Assembly: GCA_965204375.1 (NCBI GenBank)
Contig: OZ241986.1
Span: 2,656,001-2,720,000 of the forward strand
Origin: Candidatus Latescibacterota bacterium
GTDB taxonomy: Bacteria; Latescibacterota; UBA2968
Reading direction: 5' to 3'
Length of the DNA stretch: 64,000 nucleotides
Shown: one piece after another, positions 20,221 through 30,829 of the stretch
How the letters are laid out: every line of letters begins with the position of its first letter
How positions within the stretch are numbered: position 1 is the stretch's first letter
The notes under the pieces: model-generated
What the model was told of the DNA's origin: nothing
The model's input: the letters and a program-made list of their open reading frames with translations, nothing else
The model's database searches: none
Program-made: the position numbers and the translations under genes

Positions 20221-21441
20221 ATGGATCGGATTGTTGGACTCGATATTGGCTCCACCAAGATCTGTGTTGTTGTAGCTGAAGTGGACGACGATGGCACGCT
20301 CAAAATCACGGGATTGGGCAGCAGTCCCTCCCAGGGCCTCAAGCGCGGTGTGGTGATCAATGTGGAAAAGACCGTGCAATCTATCCGTGTAGCTATAGAA
20401 GAAGCGCAGGAAATGTCGGGCACGCGTATCGGTGCTGTTTATGCGGGCATTGCTGGAGATCATATTCGCAGCGTGAATACGCGAGCGGTTGTGGCCGTTT
20501 CGGGACCGGACAATGAGATTACAGCTAATGATGAAGAACGTGCGATTGAAGCAGCCAAAGCGGTATCTATTCCCATGGATCGAGAAATTGTTCATGTGCT
20601 GCCGCAGTCTTTTGTAGTTGACGATCAGCCCGGCATTAAAGACCCCATAGGCATGTCGGGTGTGAGACTCGAAGTCGATGTACATATTGTAACCGGCGCA
20701 GTAACTTCAGCGCAGAATATCTGCAAAAGTATCCGTCGTGCAGGTGTAGAGGTGGTGGATCTGGTGCTTGAACCCATTGCTTCGAGTTATGCGGTATTGA
20801 CACCTGACGAAGAGGAAATGGGCGTGGCACTGGTCGATGTAGGAGGTGGCACGACCGATCTGGCGGTGTTTTACGATGGTGCTATTCGCCATACAGCTGT
20901 TGTGGGATTGGGGGGGGCAAATGTGACAAACGATATGGCTATTGGTTTGCGCACGCCCTGGAAACAAGCCGAATCCATGAAACGAGAAAGCGGCTGTGCA
21001 TTGCAATCGCTGGTCAAGCCCAACGATATGATCGAAGTGCCGGGTGTTGCCGGAAGACCTTCTCGCAAGGTGTCCCGGACAAAAATGGCCGCGATTATTG
21101 AGGCGCGTATGGAAGAAATTTTTGGACATATAAATCAGGAGATTCGCCGCACCGACTATGCCGACTTACTGGGGGCGGGCATCGTGCTCACAGGTGGGGG
21201 TTCAATGCTCCAGGGTTGTGCTGAACTGGCCAAAGAAATTTTTGACTCACCCGTGACTATTGGCAAACCCCGAGGGATAACGGGACGAGCCAATACCGTG
21301 AGTGAACCGCTCTATGCCACCGCTGTTGGGCTGGTGCAATTTGGGCTATTTCACCAAAATGGCAATTTTATATCCGATGACGGCGTTTTTCACAATTCAA
21401 TTTTTGGTCGTATGAAAAACTGGGTTCAGAATTTTTTTTAA
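20221..21441 (+). CDS. ftsA: Cell division protein FtsA
   Basis: GLDIGSTKI, VDVGGGTTD, VLTGGG, C-terminal amphipathic RMKNWVQNFF. Confidence 0.97.
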   Translation: MDRIVGLDIGSTKICVVVAEVDDDGTLKITGLGSSPSQGLKRGVVINVEKTVQSIRVAIEEAQEMSGTRIGAVYAGIAGDHIRSVNTRAVVAVSGPDNEITANDEERAIEAAKAVSIPMDREIVHVLPQSFVVDDQPGIKDPIGMSGVRLEVDVHIVTGAVTSAQNICKSIRRAGVEVVDLVLEPIASSYAVLTPDEEEMGVALVDVGGGTTDLAVFYDGAIRHTAVVGLGGANVTNDMAIGLRTPWKQAESMKRESGCALQSLVKPNDMIEVPGVAGRPSRKVSRTKMAAIIEARMEEIFGHINQEIRRTDYADLLGAGIVLTGGGSMLQGCAELAKEIFDSPVTIGKPRGITGRANTVSEPLYATAVGLVQFGLFHQNGNFISDDGVFHNSIFGRMKNWVQNFF

Positions 21442-21516
21442 AAGCTTCATCTTTAACGTTGTGTTCTAATCGTCGATAGTCAATCGATTTCTACGGTGTT
21501 TTAACAGGGGGTTCTC

Positions 21517-22740
21517 ATGGTAACTTTTTCAATTGTCGACGCAGATAGCCAGGCCAAAATCCGGGTCGTAGGCGTTGGGGGATCAGGTGGTAATGCGATC
21601 AATCGCATGATTGAGTCGGGATTGCAGGGCGTTGAGTTTATCGCCATCAACACCGACGAACAAGATCTCGAACTTTCACAGGCGCCTAATTGCATTCAAA
21701 TTGGGCGCAATATCACAAAAGGGTTGGGCGCGGGTGCCAATCCCGAAATTGGCGCAGAGGCCATTGAAGAAAATCGCGACGAGGTCGCCGAAGCATTGGC
21801 CGAATCCGATATGGTTTTTGTGACCGCTGGCATGGGAGGCGGCACGGGCACGGGTGCAGCGCCCACCGTCGCCGAAATTGCTCGCGATGCAGGCGCGCTC
21901 ACTGTGGGCATTGTGAGTCTGCCATTCAGAATGGAAGGCATGCCGCGCATGCGCAATGCGCAAGCGGGTATTGATTCCTTGAAAAGAGCTTCGGATACGG
22001 TGATTATTATACCCAATCAGCGGCTTTTGGAAATCAGTTCAGAAGATACAACGCTGACAGAGGCATTTATCATCGCCGATGATATTTTGTTGCAGGCCAC
22101 GCGGGGTATTTCCGATTTGATCACCATACCCGGCGAAGTGAATCTCGACTTTAATGACGTGCGTACGGTGATGCAAGCTGGCGGCGATGCGCTGATGGGT
22201 ACGGCCGAAGCTTCTGGCGAAAACCGGGCACTCACAGCAGCCGAAAAAGCATTGAACAGCCCATTGCTCGACAATGTATCTGTTGCAGGTGCTCAGGGGG
22301 TGCTGGTAAATATTTCAGCCAGCAGCGAACTGAAGCTGTTTGAAATGGATAAAGCTGTGAATCTCATTACTGATGCCGTGGGTCACGAAGCCAATATTAT
22401 ATGGGGCACAGTACTCGATGATAATCTCGGGGACGAATTGCGCGTCACAGTTATTGCCACGGGCTTTAATACCGGATCACCATCGAACACCAATGGGTCC
22501 GGTGCGAACTTTTCTTTCTCGAAATCCATACCCGACGAGCCTGCTGTCAGCACAGATATTCCCGCCTTTATACGCAAAATTGAATCTGAGAATACTGAGC
22601 TTGATACACAGGAAGAGTCCGAGGAAAAATTCGAGAAAAAATTCGAGAAAAAACCCGAAGAAAAACCCGAAGAAAAACCCAAAATCGACACCATATCCCT
22701 AAACGATCTACAATACCCTACATTTCTTCGCAGACAATAG
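21517..22740 (+). CDS. ftsZ: Cell division protein FtsZ
   Basis: GVGGSGGNA, GMGGGTGTG tubulin signature, NLDFNDV. Confidence 0.98.
   Translation: MVTFSIVDADSQAKIRVVGVGGSGGNAINRMIESGLQGVEFIAINTDEQDLELSQAPNCIQIGRNITKGLGAGANPEIGAEAIEENRDEVAEALAESDMVFVTAGMGGGTGTGAAPTVAEIARDAGALTVGIVSLPFRMEGMPRMRNAQAGIDSLKRASDTVIIIPNQRLLEISSEDTTLTEAFIIADDILLQATRGISDLITIPGEVNLDFNDVRTVMQAGGDALMGTAEASGENRALTAAEKALNSPLLDNVSVAGAQGVLVNISASSELKLFEMDKAVNLITDAVGHEANIIWGTVLDDNLGDELRVTVIATGFNTGSPSNTNGSGANFSFSKSIPDEPAVSTDIPAFIRKIESENTELDTQEESEEKFEKKFEKKPEEKPEEKPKIDTISLNDLQYPTFLRRQ
22621..22680 (+). repeat. 12-bp tandem repeat x5 in the FtsZ linker
   Basis: GAGGAAAAATTC GAGAAAAAATTC GAGAAAAAACCC GAAGAAAAACCC GAAGAAAAACCC. 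Confidence 0.8.
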
Positions 22741-22753
22741 GAAGGATAAAAAT

Positions 22754-22799
22754 AAGACGTGAGACGTAAGACGCAAGACGTAAGCTCCCCCTTGCGTCT
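22754..22799. repeat. Heptamer array (RAGACGY)x4 with inverted partner
   Basis: AAGACGT GAGACGT AAGACGC AAGACGT; AGACGCAAG(22769) pairs with CTTGCGTCT(22791). Confidence 0.7.
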
Positions 22800-23679
22800 C
22801 CCCCAACAACAGGCATATCTCTACGCAATTTCTGCCGTCTTTCTGTGGTCAACGGCGGCCACGGCATTTAAGCTGTCACTGCGCGTTTTAGATCCCATTC
22901 AACTTTTGTTCTACGCTGTACTTGCGTCGTCCATTGTTCTGGGCCTGATTATAGTGGTTCAGGGCAAATGGTCAGCGGTTTTTTTGTGTACGCGACGGCA
23001 GTATTTGCAATCCCTCGGATTGGGGTTGCTCAATCCATGTGCTTACTATCTGGTGTTGCTGCGCGCTTACGACCTGCTGCCTGCGCAGGAAGCACAACCT
23101 CTGAACTACACCTGGGCAATAGCGCTGGCACTGTTGTCCATTCCCCTTTTAAAACAAAAACTGACCCTGTGGGATGTGATCGGCGGGACTGTGAGTTATG
23201 CGGGGGTATTTGTGATTTCTACTCGGGGCGATATAATGGGATTTCGATTTTCCAATCCCCTGGGAGTGGGACTGGCTCTTTTCAGCAGCTTTTTGTGGGC
23301 ACTGTACTGGATCTTCAACAAACGGGATACACGAGACCCGGTTGTGGGAATGTTTTTGAATTTTGTTTTTGCATTGCCTTTTGTGCTGACAATCTGCATC
23401 GTATTTTCAGATCTACGGATCAATATACAGGGATTAGGCGGCGCTATTTACGTCGGATTATTTGAAATGGGCATCACATTTGTTCTGTGGTTGTCAGCGA
23501 TGAAGCTTACTGATCACACGGCGCGAATCGGAAATTTGATCTTTTTATCCCCATTCTTATCACTCGTCTTTATCCACTTTTTGGTGGGAGAAGACATATT
23601 GCCCTCCACTTATATCGGGTTGACGTTGATCATCGCGGGCTTGATAGTGCAGCAAAAAAAGCCCGAGAGCGTTGTCTGA
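22759..23679 (+). CDS. DMT/EamA family transporter
   Basis: About 10 TM helices in two EamA repeats; true start may be TTG 22792. Confidence 0.9.
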   Translation: MRRKTQDVSSPLRLPQQQAYLYAISAVFLWSTAATAFKLSLRVLDPIQLLFYAVLASSIVLGLIIVVQGKWSAVFLCTRRQYLQSLGLGLLNPCAYYLVLLRAYDLLPAQEAQPLNYTWAIALALLSIPLLKQKLTLWDVIGGTVSYAGVFVISTRGDIMGFRFSNPLGVGLALFSSFLWALYWIFNKRDTRDPVVGMFLNFVFALPFVLTICIVFSDLRINIQGLGGAIYVGLFEMGITFVLWLSAMKLTDHTARIGNLIFLSPFLSLVFIHFLVGEDILPSTYIGLTLIIAGLIVQQKKPESVV

Positions 23680-23700
23680 ACCGCTTTACACACCACACAT

Positions 23701-23729
23701 TTGACATTAGTTTAATCCGACTCTACAAC
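23701..23729 (+). promoter_or_regulatory. Putative sigma70 promoter
   Basis: TTGACA-17 bp-TACAAC ahead of AAGGAGG SD. Confidence 0.45.
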
Positions 23730-23751
23730 GACTGATGATCAAGGAGGGTTT

Positions 23752-25293
23752 ATGTCTGAACGTCCGAATATCCTGATTTTGCACAGTGACGAACACAGTT
23801 TTCGTTTTTTGTCGGCACGCAGCCGTGAGCGGGGTGGTGAACCCTGTCACACGCCCACATTGGACGGTTTGATCGCACAAGGCGTCAATTTTGACGCGGC
23901 CTATTGTCAGATGCCTCTGTGTACACCAAGCCGTATATCAATGCTGACAGGGCGACACGCCCATCGGTGTGGCGCGTGGACCAATGGGTCGATTTTAGAT
24001 CCCGATTTGCCAACTTTTGGCAGTCATTTTCAAGCCAATGGATATAAAACAGCGGTCGTGGGCAAAACCCATTTGGGTGGATCTTTGCAACACGCCGGAT
24101 TTGGCGCTCGGCCCTATGGCGACTTCGGTGGTCCCTGTTCCCATCAGCCCGACCCATTAAACAAAACAGGAGATGGTTTGCGGACGCGCACAGTTGATGC
24201 GGGAATCAGCGAGGTCCCCGAATCACTCTTACAAGAAAATATGATTGCGCGCGAATCGCTTGCGTGGCTGCGCGAACATCGCCATGCCAATCCCGACAAG
24301 CCGTGGCTGGTCTATACATCATTTAGCCGCCCGCACTTCCCACTAACCGCGCCGAAGCGATTTTTTGACCGCTATTACCCCGAAGGGGTGACACCACCCT
24401 GGGTGCGCCGCACCGGCGATAGTGCCGACCATCCGATGACTGTGGGCGCGATCAGGGGATTTCGGACCGAAGAGATTGCCGAAGATGAAATGATGAAAGC
24501 ACGCGCAGCTTATTTTGCAGCGGTCGATTTTCTGGACGAAATTTTGGGCGATTTTCTAACTTTACTCGACCGCGATGGATTTTTGGATAACACAGTCATT
24601 GTATATACGTCCGATCACGGAGAACTGGTGGGCGAACACGGGATATGGTGGAAAAATACATGGCACGAAGCCGCCGCTCACGTGCCTTTTATCTTTTCGC
24701 TCCCCGAACACCGCAACGGGAGCCTGAACGCGCGAGAAATACGCACACCCGTAAGCCTCGCCGATCTCTTCCCCACACTTTGCGGATTGGCGGATCTAAA
24801 TTGTCCAGATGGATTGGATGGGGTGGATTTGACGGATGTACTAAAAGGAGAAACGAGTCCCGCGCTCGATAACCGCACAGGCGTGATTACCGAATCACCA
24901 AATCCGCGCTGGGGCAAAGGCACAGAGTTTCGGATGATTCGCTCCAAAAAGTATAAGTATATCGCATTTCGAGATTGTGAAGACCTCGCCTTCGATATGG
25001 AAACCGATCCCGACGAGCAACGCAATTTGCTAAAACATGATCCCGACAATGCCGACTTAAAAGCATTGCGAGAAGCGGTACTGGATGGATTTGACTTTGC
25101 CAAAGTAGAAGCCCTGCGCGAAAAGCAAACCGCTGAATTGCGCGCCAAATATCCAGCGCGAGTAAAAATGCAAACCCCCAATCAAATTCTGCGGGGCGAC
25201 GGCAAATTGGTCGAAGTCGATACACCTCTGTACGCGTCCAAAGTAATCAGCGATGATCTCTCACGAGACTTTGACGATTATCCCGGTCAGTAA
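23752..25293 (+). CDS. Formylglycine-dependent sulfatase (choline-sulfatase-like)
   Basis: RPNIL, CTPSR, GKTH, YTSDHG; no signal peptide. Confidence 0.92.
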   Translation: MSERPNILILHSDEHSFRFLSARSRERGGEPCHTPTLDGLIAQGVNFDAAYCQMPLCTPSRISMLTGRHAHRCGAWTNGSILDPDLPTFGSHFQANGYKTAVVGKTHLGGSLQHAGFGARPYGDFGGPCSHQPDPLNKTGDGLRTRTVDAGISEVPESLLQENMIARESLAWLREHRHANPDKPWLVYTSFSRPHFPLTAPKRFFDRYYPEGVTPPWVRRTGDSADHPMTVGAIRGFRTEEIAEDEMMKARAAYFAAVDFLDEILGDFLTLLDRDGFLDNTVIVYTSDHGELVGEHGIWWKNTWHEAAAHVPFIFSLPEHRNGSLNAREIRTPVSLADLFPTLCGLADLNCPDGLDGVDLTDVLKGETSPALDNRTGVITESPNPRWGKGTEFRMIRSKKYKYIAFRDCEDLAFDMETDPDEQRNLLKHDPDNADLKALREAVLDGFDFAKVEALREKQTAELRAKYPARVKMQTPNQILRGDGKLVEVDTPLYASKVISDDLSRDFDDYPGQ

Positions 25294-25393
25294 AAGCCGC
25301 TGTGAAATTGAGTGCGTTAGGATTTTCCGTAAAAGAAATGATCGGCGGTATTACCTATTGGCAAGAAGAGGGATATCCAGTAGTATCAGGCGT

Positions 25394-26092
25394 TTAGGAC
25401 CTGATCTGAGCTTGTATAAGCAAGTGCTCGAAGATGCGATCGAAGATGGTATTGGGCATTTTTTCGGGATGAAATTGTACGCCAATAATGCGACCATCTC
25501 GCGTTTCGATACCTTCTATAACTCGATCTTCACTGCGAGCACTTATATTGAGTTCTCCCCCAACTGTCTCGAGTCCTTGCAGGTGAAAGCTATTGGTCGT
25601 ACATTCGATCTTGTCCAAAATGGTTGCGAGATGGGAGTTAGGCTCAAGCGAAACCGTGTGATAAACGGGATCTTCGGTGCGCCTGGGTGAATGAGGATCG
25701 ACATCGCATTGTATTTGAATATCGGCATAGATCGTGCCGCCAAATTGAGCATTGATAAATTGCATGCCATAGCAGATGCCCAAAACGGGCATCTGTTTTT
25801 TTTGTGCGTATTCAAAAGCGCGAATATCATTTTCATAGCGCGTAGAAGCAACCGGGGGCAGGTCTTTGGGCAACTTGCCAACCAAACCTTCGGTAATACC
25901 GGGACCGCCTGTGATAATCAGGCCGTTGAGCAGAGCGAACAGCGGTGCGAGGGTTTCTGGTTCCTCTGTCATAGGCAGAATGAGAGGACAACCACCCGCG
26001 CGTTCTACCGCAATCACATACTCGTGATCTAGCGATTGCTGTTTACTTTTGGAAAGAAAGCTGGTCGTGATACCGATTATCGGACGTGACAT
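25394..26092 (-). CDS. Class I glutamine amidotransferase, peptidase C26/PuuD family
   Basis: RPIIGIT, GLIITGG, LGICYGMQ, NSFHLQ, GVQFHPE. Confidence 0.92.
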   Translation of the reverse strand: MSRPIIGITTSFLSKSKQQSLDHEYVIAVERAGGCPLILPMTEEPETLAPLFALLNGLIITGGPGITEGLVGKLPKDLPPVASTRYENDIRAFEYAQKKQMPVLGICYGMQFINAQFGGTIYADIQIQCDVDPHSPRRTEDPVYHTVSLEPNSHLATILDKIECTTNSFHLQGLETVGGELNISARSEDRVIEGIETRDGRIIGVQFHPEKMPNTIFDRIFEHLLIQAQIRS

Positions 26093-26203
26093 TTTAAAAA
26101 TTGGGTAGAATTGGCAACGCTTTTTGCTTGATGAATGCACAAATATGTAACATCATGAAATGAAGAACAAGATTAAAATAAAGAACTTGAACAGGAGGCG
26201 GAA

Positions 26204-26944
26204 ATGGACGCGGGAGATAGAGCGGCTGTTGAAGCCGCATGGAAGAACGGCGTAGGCGTCTTGCACAACCTGCTCTTGCAAGATGAACTGGATGCAATCC
26301 GCCGTGAGTTAGAACAGGCGTACCTGGATCTGGATATGGGACCGGGAGAACCCGGCAGCCGGGACAGCCTGCGAAATGAACCGCTGTTAAATTACCCCGC
26401 TCTGGGCAGATTATTTTCCCATCCCCGCATTCTGGGGATCGTATCGGCGATCCTGGATGAGCCGTGCCCTTTTCTATTGCAAATGAAAACCAACCGATAC
26501 ACGCCAGAACACAAAGGCGTGGGACGGCACTCAGATGGCAGCCCGACGGAACTCGCCGCGCCCTTTCAGTGGGTGGCAACGATGATTTATCTGGACGATA
26601 TCGCCATCAACTCCGGGGCGTTGACCTACGTTCCAGGCACGCATCTGTATCACTTTGCCTCTGCGTGCGACCCGGGCCGAATACTCCCGACAAAGGAAGA
26701 TATCCAATCGGGCGACTACACTCCAATCGAACTGAAAGCGGGCAGCGTCGTTTTTCGCGTACCTGAGGTCTGGCATGGCGTAGTGCCCATCCATCGGTTG
26801 CGGCGATATATCACCGGTTTGTACACATCTCGAAAAAAGGGAAATGCGCCGATCAAAGAGCAGATACAGGGGGTCCGAAAAAGCCGCAAACAAATCCCCA
26901 AGACATCCATACCCGAACACGTCAGAGAATACTGGCAATATTGA
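26204..26944 (+). CDS. Phytanoyl-CoA dioxygenase (PhyH) family Fe/2OG enzyme
   Basis: HxD (RHSD), MIYLDD, GALTYVPGTH, distal WHG. Confidence 0.85.
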   Translation: MDAGDRAAVEAAWKNGVGVLHNLLLQDELDAIRRELEQAYLDLDMGPGEPGSRDSLRNEPLLNYPALGRLFSHPRILGIVSAILDEPCPFLLQMKTNRYTPEHKGVGRHSDGSPTELAAPFQWVATMIYLDDIAINSGALTYVPGTHLYHFASACDPGRILPTKEDIQSGDYTPIELKAGSVVFRVPEVWHGVVPIHRLRRYITGLYTSRKKGNAPIKEQIQGVRKSRKQIPKTSIPEHVREYWQY

Positions 26945-26952
26945 TCAGTGGA

Positions 26953-28545
26953 TCAACCCAAAAAGCGGTTCAGCACATTCTTTGTAATCGCCGAAATCGA
27001 CTCATCTACCGGAAGAGAACTCGGATAACTGATCGACCCCACCGAAAACACCTCTCCCCCGCTCCCGGTGCGGTGATACACGATCTCCGCGCCTCCCTCA
27101 TCGGGGTTTAAGCCTTTGGCCAGCAGTTGTGCGTTTTTTGGCGAACTCTCTGTCATCTTATCCGTTTCGTGTCCCGATGCACCGCCCGGGCACCGCATAT
27201 GCAGACACTTCTCGCCAAAAATATCTCCCGTCTTCAGCCCTGTCCCTTCAAAGAACTCGTGTGCCCCATCCACCACCCGATAAGGCGCGCCAGTCATAAT
27301 ACCCGTCTCCGAACAGGTTACACCCAGCAGATTCGCCTCTGACTCGTGAAACAAATGGAATCGACTCTCCAATCCCAACTTCTGTAGATGGCTAAATCCC
27401 CCACCTTTATCTCCATTTCGCACCACCATCGTATATTCATCCGCAAACACCACCTCGCAATTCAGACCATTTCCACCCAGATACATCAGCTTGCCGCCCC
27501 GCTCAAACACCCAGGTCTTCAGCTTGTAATACATATCCGCAGACCAATACTCCGGATGCGTGCTGATGATCAATACCCGGTAATCGTCCAAATTCAATAC
27601 CCCGGAATGGAACTGCGTCTCCGCATAAAAATCGTATTCATATCCCTCCCGCTCCAACCACCCCAGCAACCGCCACTCCGCCGGGGCCACATGGCAATTC
27701 GACCTTCCCTCAATCGGATCGGTAATCCGTTCCTCCTCGGCAATAAAATTGATCGGCTCAGGCCGGTCGAACGACAGCGGGGCATATTCCTTTGAAGTAA
27801 AAAGCAAATGCCTGGGATCCGTATATCGCTTGAGATCCATTCGCGCATTCACGGTGGGCCTGGGCGGAAATTTCTCCGCGTGGATGTAATTGCTGCGCCC
27901 CCCAAAATTATTATACGCATTCCAGTTTATATTCGACGCCAGCACTGCAACGTCGGCACTCGGCTTTGCCGGTGCGACAATCCACGGAAACGAAAAAAAT
28001 ACACCTGACTCTGTTTTGGCGTGCAGATAATACAATCCCGATCGTTCGGGTGCTGTTATATATTGCTTGTGTGTCGGGCTGGTATAACCCTGTGCATTCC
28101 ATTGAATACCGGTCTGCGTATAATCCCCATCCGGCGTAACTTGCATCGTCGCCCGGGGACCGTGTTCATCGTACCAACCAATTGGACGCACCAACTCTTT
28201 CTGCCACCCATACCGCCACAGCGACAGCTTGTAAGCCTCCACCGCGTGTACCCTGAACTCTGACGACTGTCCGGACTGTACCCACTTTGGCCACATATAT
28301 CCCAGCAGCCCATCGGTCAACAGCCGGAACTGATAGAGGACCTTAGTCGGTATCTCAAGCGGTACTGTCTTAAAGCCATAACCCGGCTTGTAAAGTGTCA
28401 CTCTATACTTGCCGGAAGGCAACTCCGCATAAACCGCTCCAGTCGCCCGCGAACGCGCCTCAAATGACCCCGCCTCGCCTTCAAACTCCAGCAGCACCTC
28501 CGGCACTGCCACATATCGCTCATCGCTCACATATCCAATCAGCAT
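26953..28545 (-). CDS. N,N-dimethylformamidase beta-subunit-like protein with N-terminal beta-sandwich
   Basis: SGLYYL, NWNAYNNFGGRSNY, LSFDRP, LLGWLEREGY, HPEYWS, YLGGN. Confidence 0.8.
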   Translation of the reverse strand: MLIGYVSDERYVAVPEVLLEFEGEAGSFEARSRATGAVYAELPSGKYRVTLYKPGYGFKTVPLEIPTKVLYQFRLLTDGLLGYMWPKWVQSGQSSEFRVHAVEAYKLSLWRYGWQKELVRPIGWYDEHGPRATMQVTPDGDYTQTGIQWNAQGYTSPTHKQYITAPERSGLYYLHAKTESGVFFSFPWIVAPAKPSADVAVLASNINWNAYNNFGGRSNYIHAEKFPPRPTVNARMDLKRYTDPRHLLFTSKEYAPLSFDRPEPINFIAEEERITDPIEGRSNCHVAPAEWRLLGWLEREGYEYDFYAETQFHSGVLNLDDYRVLIISTHPEYWSADMYYKLKTWVFERGGKLMYLGGNGLNCEVVFADEYTMVVRNGDKGGGFSHLQKLGLESRFHLFHESEANLLGVTCSETGIMTGAPYRVVDGAHEFFEGTGLKTGDIFGEKCLHMRCPGGASGHETDKMTESSPKNAQLLAKGLNPDEGGAEIVYHRTGSGGEVFSVGSISYPSSLPVDESISAITKNVLNRFLG

Positions 28546-28614
28546 ATTGTTCCCTTCTATTCAGCGATCTATCCGGCGCGTGCCTCGCTGAACAAAGTGT
28601 ATTCGCCCATCAGG

Positions 28615-30690
28615 TCAGATCCCCACACGCTCAAAATAGAAAATCCGCCCATCGTACGTCCCTACAAACAAGCCCCCGTCCACCACACAGGGAGGTGCTG
28701 TAATTGGCGATCCGAACACCACGCGGTCCCTGCATTCACCGGAATCGGCATCTAAGACGTACAAACACCCATCACATCCGCAAATTAGAAGACAATCCTC
28801 GAAATGGACCGGCGCAGCTAAAATGCTCCGCACGCCTCTGCGATAGGGAACCATATCCAGCAGATCGATCTCTGTCTGGAACCGCCACAGCAACGCCCCG
28901 GAATTGAAATCAAAACAGAGGGCCTCTCCCTCCGGTGTGGTAGCGTAGATCAGGCCATCCCGCACGAGCAGTCCAGTTGGATACCCGGCCGGGAGAATCG
29001 GCCTGTCCCAAACGACCTCCCCCGAAATCGCCCGCAACGCGGTTAAATGCGACGAGTCTCCCCCACTTACCAGCAGATCCCCAGCCACAACCGGCGTGGG
29101 ATATGGATACTCAACCCCTATCTGTTGTTCCCACACCACATTTCCGCTTTGCCGGTCCAGTGCCATCAGTCCCCGCCGCTGCAGGAGCAGAATAAGCAGG
29201 TCCTCATAAACCTGAGGGCTTGCGTAGCACGCCCAATTATCGCTGTCTTCAACAGGTACATACCACTGCTGCTCTCCCGTCTTCAGATCAAAAGCTACGT
29301 AACCGGCCTTTGCCCCTGCGTACAACGTCCCATCTGCAATAACCGGAGACGTATAAATCCAGCGCTCGGGATACCCGGGCAGATTCGCATGCCACAGCAG
29401 GCGGCCCGACGTCTCCTCCAGCGCATGCACCCGCCCGGTAACTGACACAGCCGCGCAGATGCCATCATCTACAGCCACGCTGTTTTTCACCGTCGCATCC
29501 GTGCGTGCATGCCACACCAGATCCCCACTACCCACCTCAATACAACATATCCCGCTGCGTGTGGGATACCCCTCATCTCGCAAGCTCAACAGCAGCCGAT
29601 CGCCTGCAGACACGGGTGCAGCCCGATGCAGTCCTCCTATAAGTCGCTGCTCCCAGCGCAGGCGCAGTCCTATTTCGTCAAATGCAATCTCTACCGGCGT
29701 ATCCTCAGAGGGTAGCGAAACGCCAGTGGATTTGTGCGCACGGAGTTCTACTCCCGCCCCCTCCTCTCCGAACCGCAAGACGCGGTAGCCCTTCGGCGAC
29801 GTATCGATCCCACCAAAACAGAACGGCGGGGTTGCGGCCACAACCATCTCTTTATAAGAGAATACCTTGCTGGAATGCCAGTGCCCGTGCAATACCAGAT
29901 GGACATTATACTGGCTCAACGCCTCCAAAAATGAAATCGGCGGAGGCGTGTGAATCACCACTACGATCTCCCGGTCCGCAGGCTGTAACTCCAAATCCGC
30001 CCAAAACCACGTCTCTTTCCGTTCCTGGTCCTCAGACGAAAAAAACGACTGTTCGTTGGGATAAAATACAAAGTGGCGTCCCCCCCAATCAAAGCTGTAA
30101 TACGAGGGACCGAGCACCGCTTCGAAATGCCGGGTAAACGTATAGCCCCCCTGTGAGACTCCCTCGTGGCGTTCCTCATTCCCATCGTGCCCGCCGAACA
30201 GCGGGAACACCGGCGTCGAAACCGTCTCAATTGCCTCGCGGAAACGGTACAATTCTGCAAGCTCTCCCCTATTCGTGAGATCTCCACTCGCCACAATCAG
30301 ATCCGGACTGGCTTCCCGGACAAGTTGCTGTAGTGCCTCGGCAAGAACCTCTCCAGATGTCAGCATATCCCCTTCCGTCACAACGTGTGTATCGGTAATC
30401 TGCACAAGCGTAAACTCCCGTGCAGCCCGCTCAGGCGCAGGCTCAAGCCCAAAATCCACCCCATCTTGCGTGCCCATCCAGTTCCGTGTAGAAGAGTAAA
30501 ACCCCGATGTTGCCCGAAAACCATCCGGAACGGTCACAAAGACAAACCGGTGCGCCTCCGGTTCCACCGCAAGCGCGTACCGGCCCCCCTCGTCCGTCTG
30601 CACAACCCGCTCCCCATTGGAGACCAAAACGCCGCCCAGACCGCGTCCAGACGGATCTTCCATCACCCTGCCTCGAATTTCAATCGCCAT
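28615..30690 (-). CDS. Calcineurin-like metallophosphoesterase fused to a PQQ-type beta-propeller
   Basis: ITDTH, SGDL, GGHD, HGHWH; C-terminal xxW/SP repeats. Confidence 0.85.
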   Translation of the reverse strand: MAIEIRGRVMEDPSGRGLGGVLVSNGERVVQTDEGGRYALAVEPEAHRFVFVTVPDGFRATSGFYSSTRNWMGTQDGVDFGLEPAPERAAREFTLVQITDTHVVTEGDMLTSGEVLAEALQQLVREASPDLIVASGDLTNRGELAELYRFREAIETVSTPVFPLFGGHDGNEERHEGVSQGGYTFTRHFEAVLGPSYYSFDWGGRHFVFYPNEQSFFSSEDQERKETWFWADLELQPADREIVVVIHTPPPISFLEALSQYNVHLVLHGHWHSSKVFSYKEMVVAATPPFCFGGIDTSPKGYRVLRFGEEGAGVELRAHKSTGVSLPSEDTPVEIAFDEIGLRLRWEQRLIGGLHRAAPVSAGDRLLLSLRDEGYPTRSGICCIEVGSGDLVWHARTDATVKNSVAVDDGICAAVSVTGRVHALEETSGRLLWHANLPGYPERWIYTSPVIADGTLYAGAKAGYVAFDLKTGEQQWYVPVEDSDNWACYASPQVYEDLLILLLQRRGLMALDRQSGNVVWEQQIGVEYPYPTPVVAGDLLVSGGDSSHLTALRAISGEVVWDRPILPAGYPTGLLVRDGLIYATTPEGEALCFDFNSGALLWRFQTEIDLLDMVPYRRGVRSILAAPVHFEDCLLICGCDGCLYVLDADSGECRDRVVFGSPITAPPCVVDGGLFVGTYDGRIFYFERVGI

Positions 30691-30829
30691 AGTGCACCTC
30701 TTTGTTCGCAGTTATAGGCAAAATACAATATTCACACCCCGAGGCAAAACAAACAATGATTGCCTGCCATATAAAGATTGTGCATAATAGAATCAGAATC
30801 CAATATGTAACCCTCACAAAGGATGGAAA

